Assembly (NCBI GenBank): GCA_964276515.1
Contig: OZ193909.1
Location: 11,594,001-11,658,000 of the forward strand
DNA length: 64,000 bases
Source of the DNA: Gordius albopunctatus
Lineage: Eukaryota
Direction of reading: 5' to 3'
In this document: one piece after another, positions 12,311 through 25,300 of the stretch
How the letters are laid out: each line of letters begins with the position of its first letter
Numbering within the stretch: position 1 is the first letter of the stretch
Translations under genes and position numbers: made by a program
The notes under the pieces: model-generated
What the model was told of the DNA's origin: nothing
The model's database searches: none
Seen by the model: only the letters and a program-made list of their open reading frames with translations

Positions 12311-13344
12311 GTACTTTTGTGTATTTTATGCTAAGGTGTAGAGCTTTTTTGTAGGATAGTTCGCAATTATCTTGCATCCTATTGCTCATATAGGCCTCTA
12401 GCTATTCATGTCCAGATTCTCAAACACCACCTAAGGCTGTAATGTTGTTTCGTATCACAGCTCGAAAGTAGGTAATCAACGGAGCACGCCAAGCAGCCAT
12501 CCCAACCTTACCGCAGACTCATTTAATTTTAACAGTTTCGAAAATTTCTTATTTAAACTAAATGTTTAACAAAAAGCTAGTCTACGCCTATATATCCATT
12601 TTTTCTCACTATTACTTTTTAATGTTTTTATTCTTGGTATTTATGACATAGCCAACTTAATTAGCCTTCCATTGGCAAATTTATTTTTAGAACAACTGGT
12701 AATTTCACCCTGGACGATTGAAAATTTTAAGCATCTATTTTTCTGTAATTAAAACCGCGGAAAAAATATTTTTGACCATAACTTTTAATATACACCATAA
12801 AATTAATTTCAGAGTATAATCAAAAATCATTCAAAATTATTGCCATATTGTCAAACACAAGTGTGAATTGTAATAAAGTTAAATTGCATAAAAATGCTGA
12901 ATCGTTTTTTGGTAAATTTTGCCTAATAAAAAGTAAATTAATAATTATTTTTTTCCTTGTCCTATTATTTATATGGTTAAACTTTATTTTAAAAATTAGC
13001 TCTCAATAGGAAAAAGAAATCCCCTTAAATCTTGCGTTGTGTTTTAGCAATCGTATAAAATGTAAACATTTCTGCTATAATTATGAAATTTTATATAAAT
13101 AATATATCAGCGATACAAATGGAGCGTCAGTATTTACAAAATAAAAACATTCAAATGCATCAAAAAATTTGCGCGACACACAATGATGATTCTAATCAGT
13201 ATCACAAAAAATACGGTAAAGGGCATTTATATCGCCAAGGCTTAAGTTTTATCAACCATGAGTACCAAGTTAATTAAGACATTTTTTTGATATGCCCTTG
13301 TGTAGGTAATTATAATTTTGTTAAATTGACGGATAAATTACATT

Positions 13345-16300
13345 TTATTCGTCGATATTAAGGTATCGATGGACGGAATCTGGTTTTTGAAATAGCGCGC
13401 TATCTTTTGACTTAAATTTGTGCGTAAATTTTTTTGCGTAGAGCACATAAAAATATCCAATCAGGAGAATCCCTATGATGATGAACGCTCCAGATCCTGA
13501 TGCTACGAGAACTGTATTGGGGTACAGACATATACGCGATAGTGAAAGTGATTTGAGACCTCCTTGTTGAATGTTTGAGTCGTTCGTCAGTGCTCTAGTA
13601 ATTAAGGTTAAATTAATTTTGGACCTTGATTTCAAATCTCCCAATGCCTTTCGTATTTCTTCAGTTCGACGAGATTGATTGGTTATATCTAAATAAAACA
13701 TGTTCATATATTACCAACGATGAGAAATAATATGTGAGAAGGCATTTGAAGTGTCAAGTTTAAAATAACAAGATCAAAGTATCAGTTATACCTTTTCCTA
13801 AGACTTTATAATTCGGTTCGGGCGACGACATTTTGCTCTTATCTCTGATAGATATCAAACTATAAAGGATTTCACCAATGTCGTTTTTATAATCAATAGC
13901 GTTTTCAGAAGACCTTTTAATCCTTTTATGCCTGCCATTAATATTGCTTTCACATTTTGTCTATCAAATAAATTTAATAATTAGTAAACTTTCGATTTTA
14001 ATTGAATTTACTAGATTGCAGGGACCAATGCAAGGTTTTATGCGACATTCGAAACGAATGTTTGAATCAAAGGGGAATTTGAATGCTTTGAAACGGGCAA
14101 ATATCGCGTTTGAATTTTCTTCTTTAACGAAGGAATGAATCAAGTTATCATCCACCGAACAACTAAAGGAAAATGAATTTAACATTGCTATTATATCTAG
14201 TCAAAGGCCTTAATTATAGTAGTCCACACTTTAAATGTTTTATTGTTATTAAATAACTTACAAGGTGATATTTTAAAATGTTGGTCTAAGTAATAATCTT
14301 TGAACATATAAGGCCTAAATTACCTGAAATAAGGACTAAGTCGTTTCGGCAATGCTTTATTATTTTATTATTGCCTTTACCACTAATCTTTACAGTTCTC
14401 ATAAAGTTTTAGAATCAGTTCCATGTTAAACAAATATAAGACTCTGAGGGACTGGTGTAAAATGCATGGATATAACCAAATATTGTTCAACTATCCCTCA
14501 AAAATATATTTTAACTTACCCATTATCATCAATTAGTGGGACGGTGCTTATGTCTTGCGATGCATCAGACGCCGCACAATCAAATCCGAATAAACCATAT
14601 GCTTGATCTTAATAAATGGATGATTTAGGAATATATACTAATACTATATACCTGAGCATTTAAGAAATATCATTAAATCTTCCCCTATGCTAGCTTCCTT
14701 TATACTCTTTTTCGATCCATCCAATATATGCATAGAGCAATGTAACGGTGGTGGAGTATTTCGTAGGCTAATTTGACCATTAGATGAATCGCTAAAAATT
14801 GTTTTAATTGTATTAATTTACAATAAATTTGATTTTATCCCTTACCCCAATCTCCCTCTCATTTGGCTTAAGGATGGCAATCTGTTAATAAATTTAAAAA
14901 TAATAAATAATTTTATAAGGAGATTAAAGCATAGTACAATTTTTAAGCCACAACTATAGTTGTGATATGAGCTGCTGATGATTATAATTTAATGCGAAGG
15001 TATTTTAATCAAAAGATTTTAAAAACATTATATAAAATAATTATAATCACATTTAATAAAGATATGTTATCAAACTCATATTTTTCAACTTTAACTTTAG
15101 CATTTTCATCTGTATTAAATGTTTGTTATAATGCTCTTACGTCAAATAAACAATATATACTAAAAAAGTTTTTTGGCTCAATAAAAATTGAGAGGAAATA
15201 TTTATATATGAAGAAGGCGCTAGTAAGCATATTATATATTTATATATATACGATATGTTCAATTCGCTGATGGCGTTAATTTCTTTGATGGGATAATTGC
15301 AAATGATAGAGAACGATTTCGAATTTTTTGTGATGAGAGGGGGTGTATCGGTAAGGATGATACCTAGAGTATAGCTAAGCAAGTCATCTTCCTAAATATT
15401 GTAAATGTAATAAACCATCAAACACAAAGCCCCTTAAAAAGATTTAATTTTAGATAAGTTTCCATCAAAAGTCGCTTGTTATTAAACTTGAAAAGGTCTA
15501 TTTTTCTTGTATAGTTTAGTATAAAAATTCAAATGAAAGGCTCATGTAGAGTTCTCTAATTTATTTTAAAAGATTATCGTGTTTATATTGAATTTTAAGT
15601 GTATTTCTGTTCAAATAGGGCTTTGCAGTCTACATTTTTAAAAGAGGTGAGCAATCTATTCATTCTATGACCGCATATTAAAGTGCTATCTTACTATGTT
15701 GGATATAGCACCACATTCGTCAAAGTTTAATTCCACACTCTTGTCCGCAAATATATTTAATTCGTTTTTTAACTCCTTCTGGCAGTTGTCAAATTTCTTC
15801 TTGGAATATACCATAGCTTTGTAGTTTGGAGGTACTCGCAATAATAGTTCCACAGAATTGGAATAACACAAAACTTGAAAAGCTCGATATAATGCATATG
15901 ATTATCCTACCTCTGTATTCGGCGTCAAGAGGTGAATATTTAGTTTCTAATCTTGATTTAGTCTTGAAAACATCTAAAATTGTATTTTTGTTTCTCAAAT
16001 TATCGCCAGGGGTTTCTAAATTATTAATTGCAAAATGGTTGAAACTTTTGAAAATACATACTTCTTGAAGAAACTGCAGTTGCGGAAGAGGTTATGTTAA
16101 GTTGTCCCATTTTAAAATTACTTTCAGGTTTTGCATGGTTTGCCACCTTTGAGAGACTTTCATTTTTGGACCTTGCTAAATAATTTTTTTTAAATCCCTT
16201 TTATTTGTCAAATACATTGAACAAAGTATTGAGGTTGATACTAATTGAAACCTAACGGTCCTCCTCTAAATACGACATAAAACTTAAGTAAATTATATTA

Positions 16301-19300
16301 AGAGCTGAACAGATAGCATTGATGTTCAACTGGTAAATGTTTCTATTTATATGTTAAATTATGTGATTATTACTTATCTATTATATATAATTATCCTCTA
16401 AATATGAAACAAAACGTTTACCTAATTTAATTAGATCAGTTAGTGTTGTGGTCGAAGGTTTGCTTGTCGTCTCTAAATGGATAATTTCACTAACATCTTG
16501 GTACTGAGACGAACTAGTGTTTTCGTATATAAAGGTCAAACCGGTCGTGAGCTCTTCTACTTTAACACGTTAATTTAAAGTTGTTTTAAAAAAAATATAG
16601 AGTTAAATTAACACGTTTATTTAAAGTTATTTTTTAAAATATAGATTCAAATAACATTAGATTATTCAGATTAACACCCAGACTTATAAAGTATTGGTCT
16701 ACAATTTCAATTGCTACATAAAAATTGTCGTGGTTTATTTAAAATTTTAAAAAATTTTAAACGTCAAAACATTGTTCTAACCATTTATTTTACTCCACTT
16801 CAATTTTAAATTCTATTACAAATAGTTAATTTTTGCCCTAGAAAATTGAAATTAGATGTTTTATAAAAATGATAAAATAATAATTAAATTAGAAAAAGAT
16901 AAGTAAAATTAACTCTAAGATATAAAGTGAATTGGCAAATCAATAATTAAGCACTTTATAAGAAACTTTATAAAAGGAATTTAGAGCCATTATTTAATTA
17001 ACAAAAAATTCATAAAAATCATGTAAGCAATTGTAAAAAATATAAACAAAGATATTTTTAAAATATGCTTAAAAATACCTTAAAATCATATCATACAATA
17101 TAAATTTTGACAATTTCTGTTTGAAATTGTAATAGTTGCATCAAAATTAAAAATATAAAAAGCGTTATTGATAGACTAAATAAATCGCTTACTTAAACTT
17201 TTCCCTCTATAATAATAATAAATTATATTATAATAGCTAAGCTTAGAAAACAAATTTTCCAACGCTAGATAAAATAAAAGAAAGCGGGCATTATAAAAAT
17301 AAATAACAATTTTTATAATATGTTAAACACATTTATCATATTTTGGTTCATATAATCAATATAATCTCAATAATTTACCCTGAACATAATGTTTAAAATT
17401 GAAAATGAAATACAATATATTGCCTTATATAATTGGCAAATTTAGTAATCTTCGAATTAAATTGTTTTAAAATTTAATAACAATTTGCCTAGTCTTAATG
17501 GTAAGAATGGTAAGACTCTTAACCGATTGATGATTATCTTTGAATTTATAGTATTAAAAAACTGTAGATTCTTTGTCTAAGTTTGGTGCTAAGATATAAC
17601 AGTCTTATTCATAAGTAACAATATTTTAATATATGTAAAATTTAAAAAAATGATACATACCGATGGATGACAAAACATCTTCATTAAAACTTGAAAACGT
17701 TGATAAGTCCAAATAAGTTGACATTTCATATATTTCAGCTGAAATGCAATTATATAATAAAATTCTGAAAATTTACTTATAGGGTTGATCGTTGAATTTT
17801 CATTTGATTTTTTTGAGCCGTTAATTTGTGCAGAGGTAAAGTTAGTTTCGAGAGACAAATTGAATTCTAGATATTAATATTAAAAATATTTGGAATTAAA
17901 TTTCTTTATGATTTCAGCAAATAAATTAGATCGATTGATTGCTATAAATAGTTTACCTTCTTTAATAACTTCTTGGATTCTAGTCTTTTCAATTTCGACA
18001 GATTTTGTTGAATTTAATTGATCTATAATTAAATAAATAATATTAGAATTATATAAATATGCGCCAAGGCAATTGACCAAATTTTTACACAAATTATAAT
18101 AAAAATGCAAGTCACCTATGTTTTAAAATATTTTTTCTAGTATATCTATTGTTTATGTATTTTTGATTCCAAATGTTGTCATGTTATGTTTAATAACCAC
18201 TCGATACGCGGCAGACTTAACCCCAAATAAACATAAACATTTAAAATAATTTTAAAATAATTAAAATAACAAGAATCCATTTTAAAATTATTAATTTTTA
18301 ATCAAATTCACGAATTCTTCAACATTCTAAAATGGAGCTATAATGAAGTTTATTATTCGAATGAAGCTATTTTATTTGGCGTGGCTTGAAAATTACATTG
18401 TATTCTTCTATTTAAACAATCTAAACAAGTGCTAATTTGTCCAAGTGGTTTAAAATTTAGAAAACTTTTATTATTTTTTAACATCTTGAATTTAACTTTG
18501 AATCATAATGAAAAAATTTAGCCTAGGGTTTTGACTTTCAAAACTCCAAACTTAAAAACTACCAAGGTCATTAGCGAATATATATGGATTTGAAGATCTT
18601 AACAAAGTTTCACATGTGGCCTTATATAAAAAATATTAAAATTTATTTTATCAAACATAAATTTACTTGGGCTATTAGAAAGACGTGGAACTTGGAGAGT
18701 CAATGATCGATTTTGAGTACTGACACTTACTTTTTCCCCCTTTGAATCTATAATTTAAATTAGTTTTAGGTATTTAGATTGTAATTATATAAATTGCAAT
18801 AATTATTGACATATAAAAGCACTTAAATTTTTTTTATTGTTTTTCATCTTACTCGAATTCATTTAAATTTACGCTAAAATATTTACCCTCATTCAATAAT
18901 TTCGCTTTGCCAATATTCCAATGCGATGTCGGTAATGTCAAATTGGCTTTGTTTGAGTTGCTGCCAACAGTGGAAGCATTAACAACTTTTGCTAGTTTAA
19001 CGGAATTTCTTGATTTCGCTGTAGATTGGTTGCTACTAATTGATAAAAGTTTGATATCTAGACTTGTTCTCGTGTTATTGGGAAATTGGATCTTAGAAGA
19101 AGTGGCATCAAGTATTGTGTCTGTTAGTTCATGAATATCTTTTTTATCCTTTTTCTTGGACAGTTTTAAAGATTGTTTATTTTCGCTTATTGTATCCTCT
19201 TTTCTAACTACCAAAAAAGGTAATAGAGTAGTTATACTTAATTCGTTTGCGACGACTGAATTTGTTATGCTCGTCCAATGACTTGAGACTTTTGAAAGTA

Positions 19301-22300
19301 TATTCCCTAAAATTGTCATTAAAAAATATTTTAAGTATGTCAAATCAGCCATTAAATCATCATTTGGACAATTTTATCCAGTAGTACACTTAATTTAATT
19401 GACATTAAAATAGAAAATTAGCTTATTAAGAGGCTATTTTAAATACTCGGCTTTAATGGCGATGCAAGCTTTTCCCTCCTGTTTAATGCTTTGTCCAATT
19501 TTGAGCTGATTCTAGTGTCCGGAGATAGGTTAATAATCATTTGGGTTAAATTTGAAGCATGAAGATTAACTGGGGGGCTCGGTTTGGAGCTATTATCGAT
19601 TCTCTTTACTGTCGGCTTTTCAAATGATATTAAGACTACTTTTTTAGCATCACCTAGAGTATATTTAATCCAATTAAATCTTTTGTTACATTAATAAATA
19701 AAAAATTATTTAAAAACTTTTAAAGGATAGATTCGTACTAAAGATGCAAAAGATTAAATCAGGTTTTTGATTATATTACGTTCACAAAGTGGAGTTGATA
19801 AATGACCGCTTTCTATCAATATCCTACAACATTGCAGAGACTGCGTAAAGACATTTAAGATAATGTAGAAATAACATTATTGCTTAACCATCACTGTGCT
19901 TATGTCATGATCCAAATGGTTGGCTTGTAATTTGTTTAATAAAACTTATAGTTTAATATATTTATTAATACGCGAACTTTATATTTAAATTAACGCCACC
20001 TGTATTATAAAAATTGATGCTTACATGCAAATGGTGGTCGATTATATTTATGGAAATTACATAGTACTTTATATTTCACCCTAAAACCATCTAAACCATT
20101 AAAATTGAACAGATTTCCAAACCTTATTGTTAAGTTAATTTCTCAAGTTAGGTAAACATAGCGACCCTTGAATAGCTAGATTTGTTTTTAATTAATCCAG
20201 AGCCTAGATTATAAATATGTTTGGTTCCCAAAGATTCGAACAGCTCTAATCTTAATGAATGGACATGGCATTTAAAATAAGCCTAGAAGCTTTTTAACGG
20301 CTAGAAAAAGTAAACGATGTATATTGTCATAGCTTAACTACTATAGGTATGAAAGTGTTCGTAATTTCATGTGCATTTTTGCATATTTAAATAAAAAAAT
20401 GCAGTTAAGATGCGTATCTTAGGGATTAAGTATGGTTCGAATAATGTTTCGAATAATGTACTTGATTGGTTCGATTGCTTTTGAACAACGTTTTTACCCA
20501 GTTCTTCGGCGGAAAAGATGTTGACAACATTCTTGCGGGACTCAATTTTTTTCTTCACTATTTGGTCAATGACTTTTGTTGAATTCACAATGGTCGATTT
20601 TTTAATTTTAACAGGTTCAACTCTTTTTTTCTCTAAACCTTTTACTAACGGAGATATTTTTTTCTCATTCTTTTCTTTTACACCTAAAAATATATCATTA
20701 GGACTTAGAAACTTTTAATGAAATATACTTTTAATGTATTGATTTTTAGGCGAGTTATTAGATTTGCCAAGGGTATTTTTAATTTTGGAGACTTCTTGTT
20801 TAACTATAGGAAGTGTAGGTGTTAACTTAATTCTTGGTAAGGTTGTTGGGTGTAATAAAGTCCCGTTTTTCTTGCTAGCAAGTGCTACTTCTAAAATAAA
20901 TACAAAGGTATTATAATTAAATTAGGAAAAACATAGCTAGGTTAATATAACTCAATCAATTAGTTATAATTAATTTTGTAGAATCATTATTTAACCGCAC
21001 GTCCATTCGGCATTATCAAAATCAAAAACTCATTCAATATGTATAGTTAGTCGTAGAAATTATTGTTGCAATTTATTTTAATTTTCACAATAATAACTGC
21101 TCTATGAATTTTTGTAATCTAGTCAAAAATTTTTTATGAGTATGTTAAAAAATTAAAAAACTAAAATTTAAAACGATTAATGAAAATACCAATGTGTTTA
21201 ACAAATTTATAGTCTCATACCAGATATTTTTATTAGATCAAACTTTTATGGCAGAAGCAGGGCACTACTATGGGAACTTTGAATAAATTGGTTACGAATG
21301 GTTATAATTTGCATACATAGGAGCATTTAGAAAACTAATTAGTTTGTTAAGCATGACAATATTATAAAATTTGAGAATATCTCACTTACTAAAAAATAGT
21401 TATAATTTAAAAAATATCTATCATTTTATTTTGTTAAATATATCTAGGTAAATTAATTTAATAAATAATATTTATGATTATAAAAATATAATCTTACTGC
21501 CTGTATTCCTTTGGCTTTCATTTATAGCTTTGTTAGAGTAGTTGGATAATGATTTAACTGCCTTGACATTGTTATTTAGTCGAGGACGAGGTTTAACTTG
21601 ATTGATAGGTAAGTTTACTATTAAAATAAACTTCCAGTTAATATAAATCTCAATATATATGCATTAATTCAATAGCCCATAAATAATAATAAATCGGAAA
21701 TAGTTATTATAAATTATGATAGATTCTCTTTGTGGTGATTTCGTTTTTCTACATGTCAAGTTTTTGAAATATTTGGGTTCAAAGTTGGAAAAAGGGGAAT
21801 TTCTGCCTCATGATCCAATTTAAAATAAAGCATTTAAGCAGTAAAACCAATTTGGAGCTAACATATAAATAACCTTTCATTTTTTTCAGCTTTTGTTACA
21901 TTAAAAAATTTACTATTCCCTATATTTTATACCACAAAATCGCGCTAAGCATTTAGTCTCCCTCCCTTCCCTAATTTCTGGCAAATATGCATATAATTAT
22001 AATATATGTTATTTTTTATTTAGGGGGGGGGGCGGGGTCATCCCTCCTTCAGCATATATTAACACAACAAATTATTTGCTAAGTATTTTATTCAAATTGC
22101 TAAGTATTTTTAGCGTCATTGCTAAGTATTTTTAGCGTCATTGCTAAGTATTTTATTCATTTGCTAAGTATTTTATTCATATGCTAAGTATTTAAATGGA
22201 TTTTGCTAAGTATTTTATTGTTTTGCTAAGTATTTTATTTGTTTGCTAAGTATTTTAATGTTTTGCTAAGTATTTTAATTATTGCTAACGCTAAGTATTT

Positions 22301-25300
22301 AAATATATTATGCTAAGTATTCAAAAGATTTTATAAGTTTTAAAACAAATTAAGCTGTCTGTTTTTTATATAACATTTAATGTGACATTGTGAATGTGAT
22401 CGAAAAATAACTGGCGTTCTTTGGCGCCAAGATCACACACCAATTTGACATACATTAATTTAATTGCTTAATTATAGAAGTCCAACAAATCTCGCATTAT
22501 TTAAAATTCATAGCAGTCAGTTGTACAGATATTTTTTTATTCAAATCGAAAATAAATTATTCCCCCCCCCCTTATTTTTTTACCCACTTTCTCACCGGGG
22601 GGGGGGGCAAATCACCTCCCTCCCTCCAGGTTAGTAAAGAGTAAAAAAGAAGGCCCCGCTGGTTAGAAAGAGGGTAAAAAATCAGGGGGGGGGGGGTAAA
22701 GAGTAAAAAAGAAGAAGGGGCTGGGCAAATCACCCTCTCCCCCTTGTTAGAAAGAGGGTAAAAAATAAGGGGGGGGGGTGAAAAAGGGGTCCAATCAACT
22801 CCCTCACCCCAGGTGAGTAAAGGGTGAAAAAGAAAGGTGGGGGCAAATTACCCTCCTCTTCCCTAGTTATAAAAAGGGTAAAAAATCAGGGGGGGTCAAT
22901 TCACCTCCCTCCCCCAGGTGAGAAAAAGGGTAAAAAGGAACGGGGAAGGGCAAATAGAGCCCTGCAAAATGAATTTTTTTCTGCCCGAGTCCGGCCCGAG
23001 CCCGAACAACTTTTTTATTTTTGGCCCGACCCGATTTTTCAAATATAAAATTATTAAAAATCTATTTAAAAATTTTTTTAAAATTATTTTTTACAAATAA
23101 ATAATGCATTAAATTATTATTAATCGTAATTTACAACTAGAATAAGTTTAAAATAAAATTTTCATTTTCACACGCTACAATTTATTCAGCTAATAATTTA
23201 AAACTGGCGATCTAACTTTATAAAATATTTTTTATCTGACAGTTCGAAATAAAAAACTTTTTTAAAAAATTCCTTATTTAATTTCTAAAATAATAGCTAC
23301 TATGAATTTATTTAAATACTAGAATAAGATTTGCAATTTAGGTCAAAATATTATAGACAGGGGGAAAAGGCTCAAGTTTGGAAGCTATATTGTGTATGGT
23401 GTACGGATATAATTATTTAATATCGAGTTGAGTTTGTTTAAATCATATTTTATAAAAGATTAGTTTGCTTTAGTCATATCGGGCCGGGCTCGGGCCCTAA
23501 GTCGGACCGCCTCATCAGGCCCGACCCGAACCCGAGGCCCGATTGTTTCTTTAAATTATGCCCGAGCCCGGCCCGAAACTTGATCGGGCTCGGACCAGGT
23601 CGGGCTTCGGACGGCCCGTGCAAGACTCTAGGGGCAAATCACCCCCCTCCCCTCTGATGAAAAAGAGGGTAAAAAATAAGGGGGGGGTGAAACCAACGGG
23701 ATAAAAAAGGGAGGGTGGCAAACGTATTAAAACCTTATTAACTTATATTTTTTTAATACTCAGCCTTTTGATTAAAATTCATAATTTAGATTTTTAAATA
23801 AAATACTTAGCATATCAAAATAAAACTTAGCAATTTAATAATAAAAACTTAGCATTTAAAAATAAAAAACTTAACATTTAAAAATAAAATACTTAGCATT
23901 TCCTTTAAAATACTTAGCGTTTTTTAATAAAATACTTAGTACTTTAATTAAAATACTTAGCATAAATTACTTAGTAATTTGTAATTATTTACCTAGCAGT
24001 TAAATAACACCCATATATTAATAGTTAGTGAGAATGAAATGGTTGATAGTGTAGGTAGAGAGAGGGTAAATAATGATGGTTCAAGCGTTTTAGTAAGTAT
24101 TTGTATTAACTACATTTTCACATGTAAACAGCCCAATGGTATAGAAGGGGGGAGACTGAATATCTGTCGTAATTTTGCAATATCAATCATAGGAAGTAAG
24201 TGATGCTTTTATATAATCTAAAACCTTGGTAAGATTAAATAAATTGTTTTTTAAAGATTTGGACCTAAGTTGGTTTAACAAATTCATATATTTGTTTAAT
24301 TATACACTTTTTAAATAATGAGCAAAAAAACAATGTACTGACAAGTACCTATTAATTTAAAACTAAACTGCCATTCTTTGTATATGGAAATCGCGTTGGT
24401 TTTTACGATCAAGTTTGGCTCATTTGTATGCACAAGGGCAAAAAGGCTGTTTTCCACAGCTATAAACACAATTATTTTACATAGGCGTAGCCAAAAGGAT
24501 AAATCCAAAAATTTGTTAAAATTTATTAAAATTATGGCTAAAATTTTAAAAAATGTTCATTTTACCCCTCCATAATTTATTTCCCCCCCCCTCTAATTCC
24601 ATTCCAATGCTGACTACGCCCATGATGAGTTATGAGAAAAAAAAGAATAACGCGCTCAGCACCAGAAACTCTATATAAATGTATCCCGGCTGATATTTTT
24701 ATACGAGCGCTATTTAGACAACAAAAATTAAATGAATTTTATTAAACTGTACTTGGTGTTGATTTGTTTGAGATTATTGGAGTTAATCCAAGAGATGATT
24801 GTTTAATGTTAGACTTAACTTTTATGGCGATCGAACTTAGGGATGATTGTTTAGCCTTAGACTTCAAATTTGAAGCAATCGAGCTATTGTCTAATTTTAA
24901 AATAAATAAAACTTAATTATATAACTGTTACTTAAAGGGCTCTTTGTCGAAGTTATTTTAGCTTTTTTTAGATTTTGTAAGGGAATGGGTAGAGATGCAA
25001 CTTTATTAATTATTTCACTCCGTCTTTTGGTTTCACCTATAAAATTAAATAATCCTTATCTGATTAAATTTTATTACCTTTACGAATTTGATCACTAGGC
25101 AATTTATTCGAAATATGCGGGTTCGTAAATGTTATAATATTGATTTCTTGAGTTTTTTGTATTACTAGCTTTCCTTTAAAAGATTTTATAACGATTAATA
25201 AGTCCAACATATAAAATGTAGCAAAGTAATTTAAATTCTCACTTGTACAATTTTTCCCATCTCCTACAAAACCTCTCTTACACTGACATTCAAAGGAACC

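Noticed and set aside
16215..16335. Possible additional small exons of the ZP gene
   Set aside because: Phase-1 entries from the candidate AG acceptors hit stops almost immediately.
17489..17588. Possible extra stalk exon with a GC donor (TAG|GCAAAT)
   Set aside because: All three frames hit a stop, including TAA after the T6 run. The flanking exons already join in phase without it. It would need a 1-nt homopolymer error to be real.
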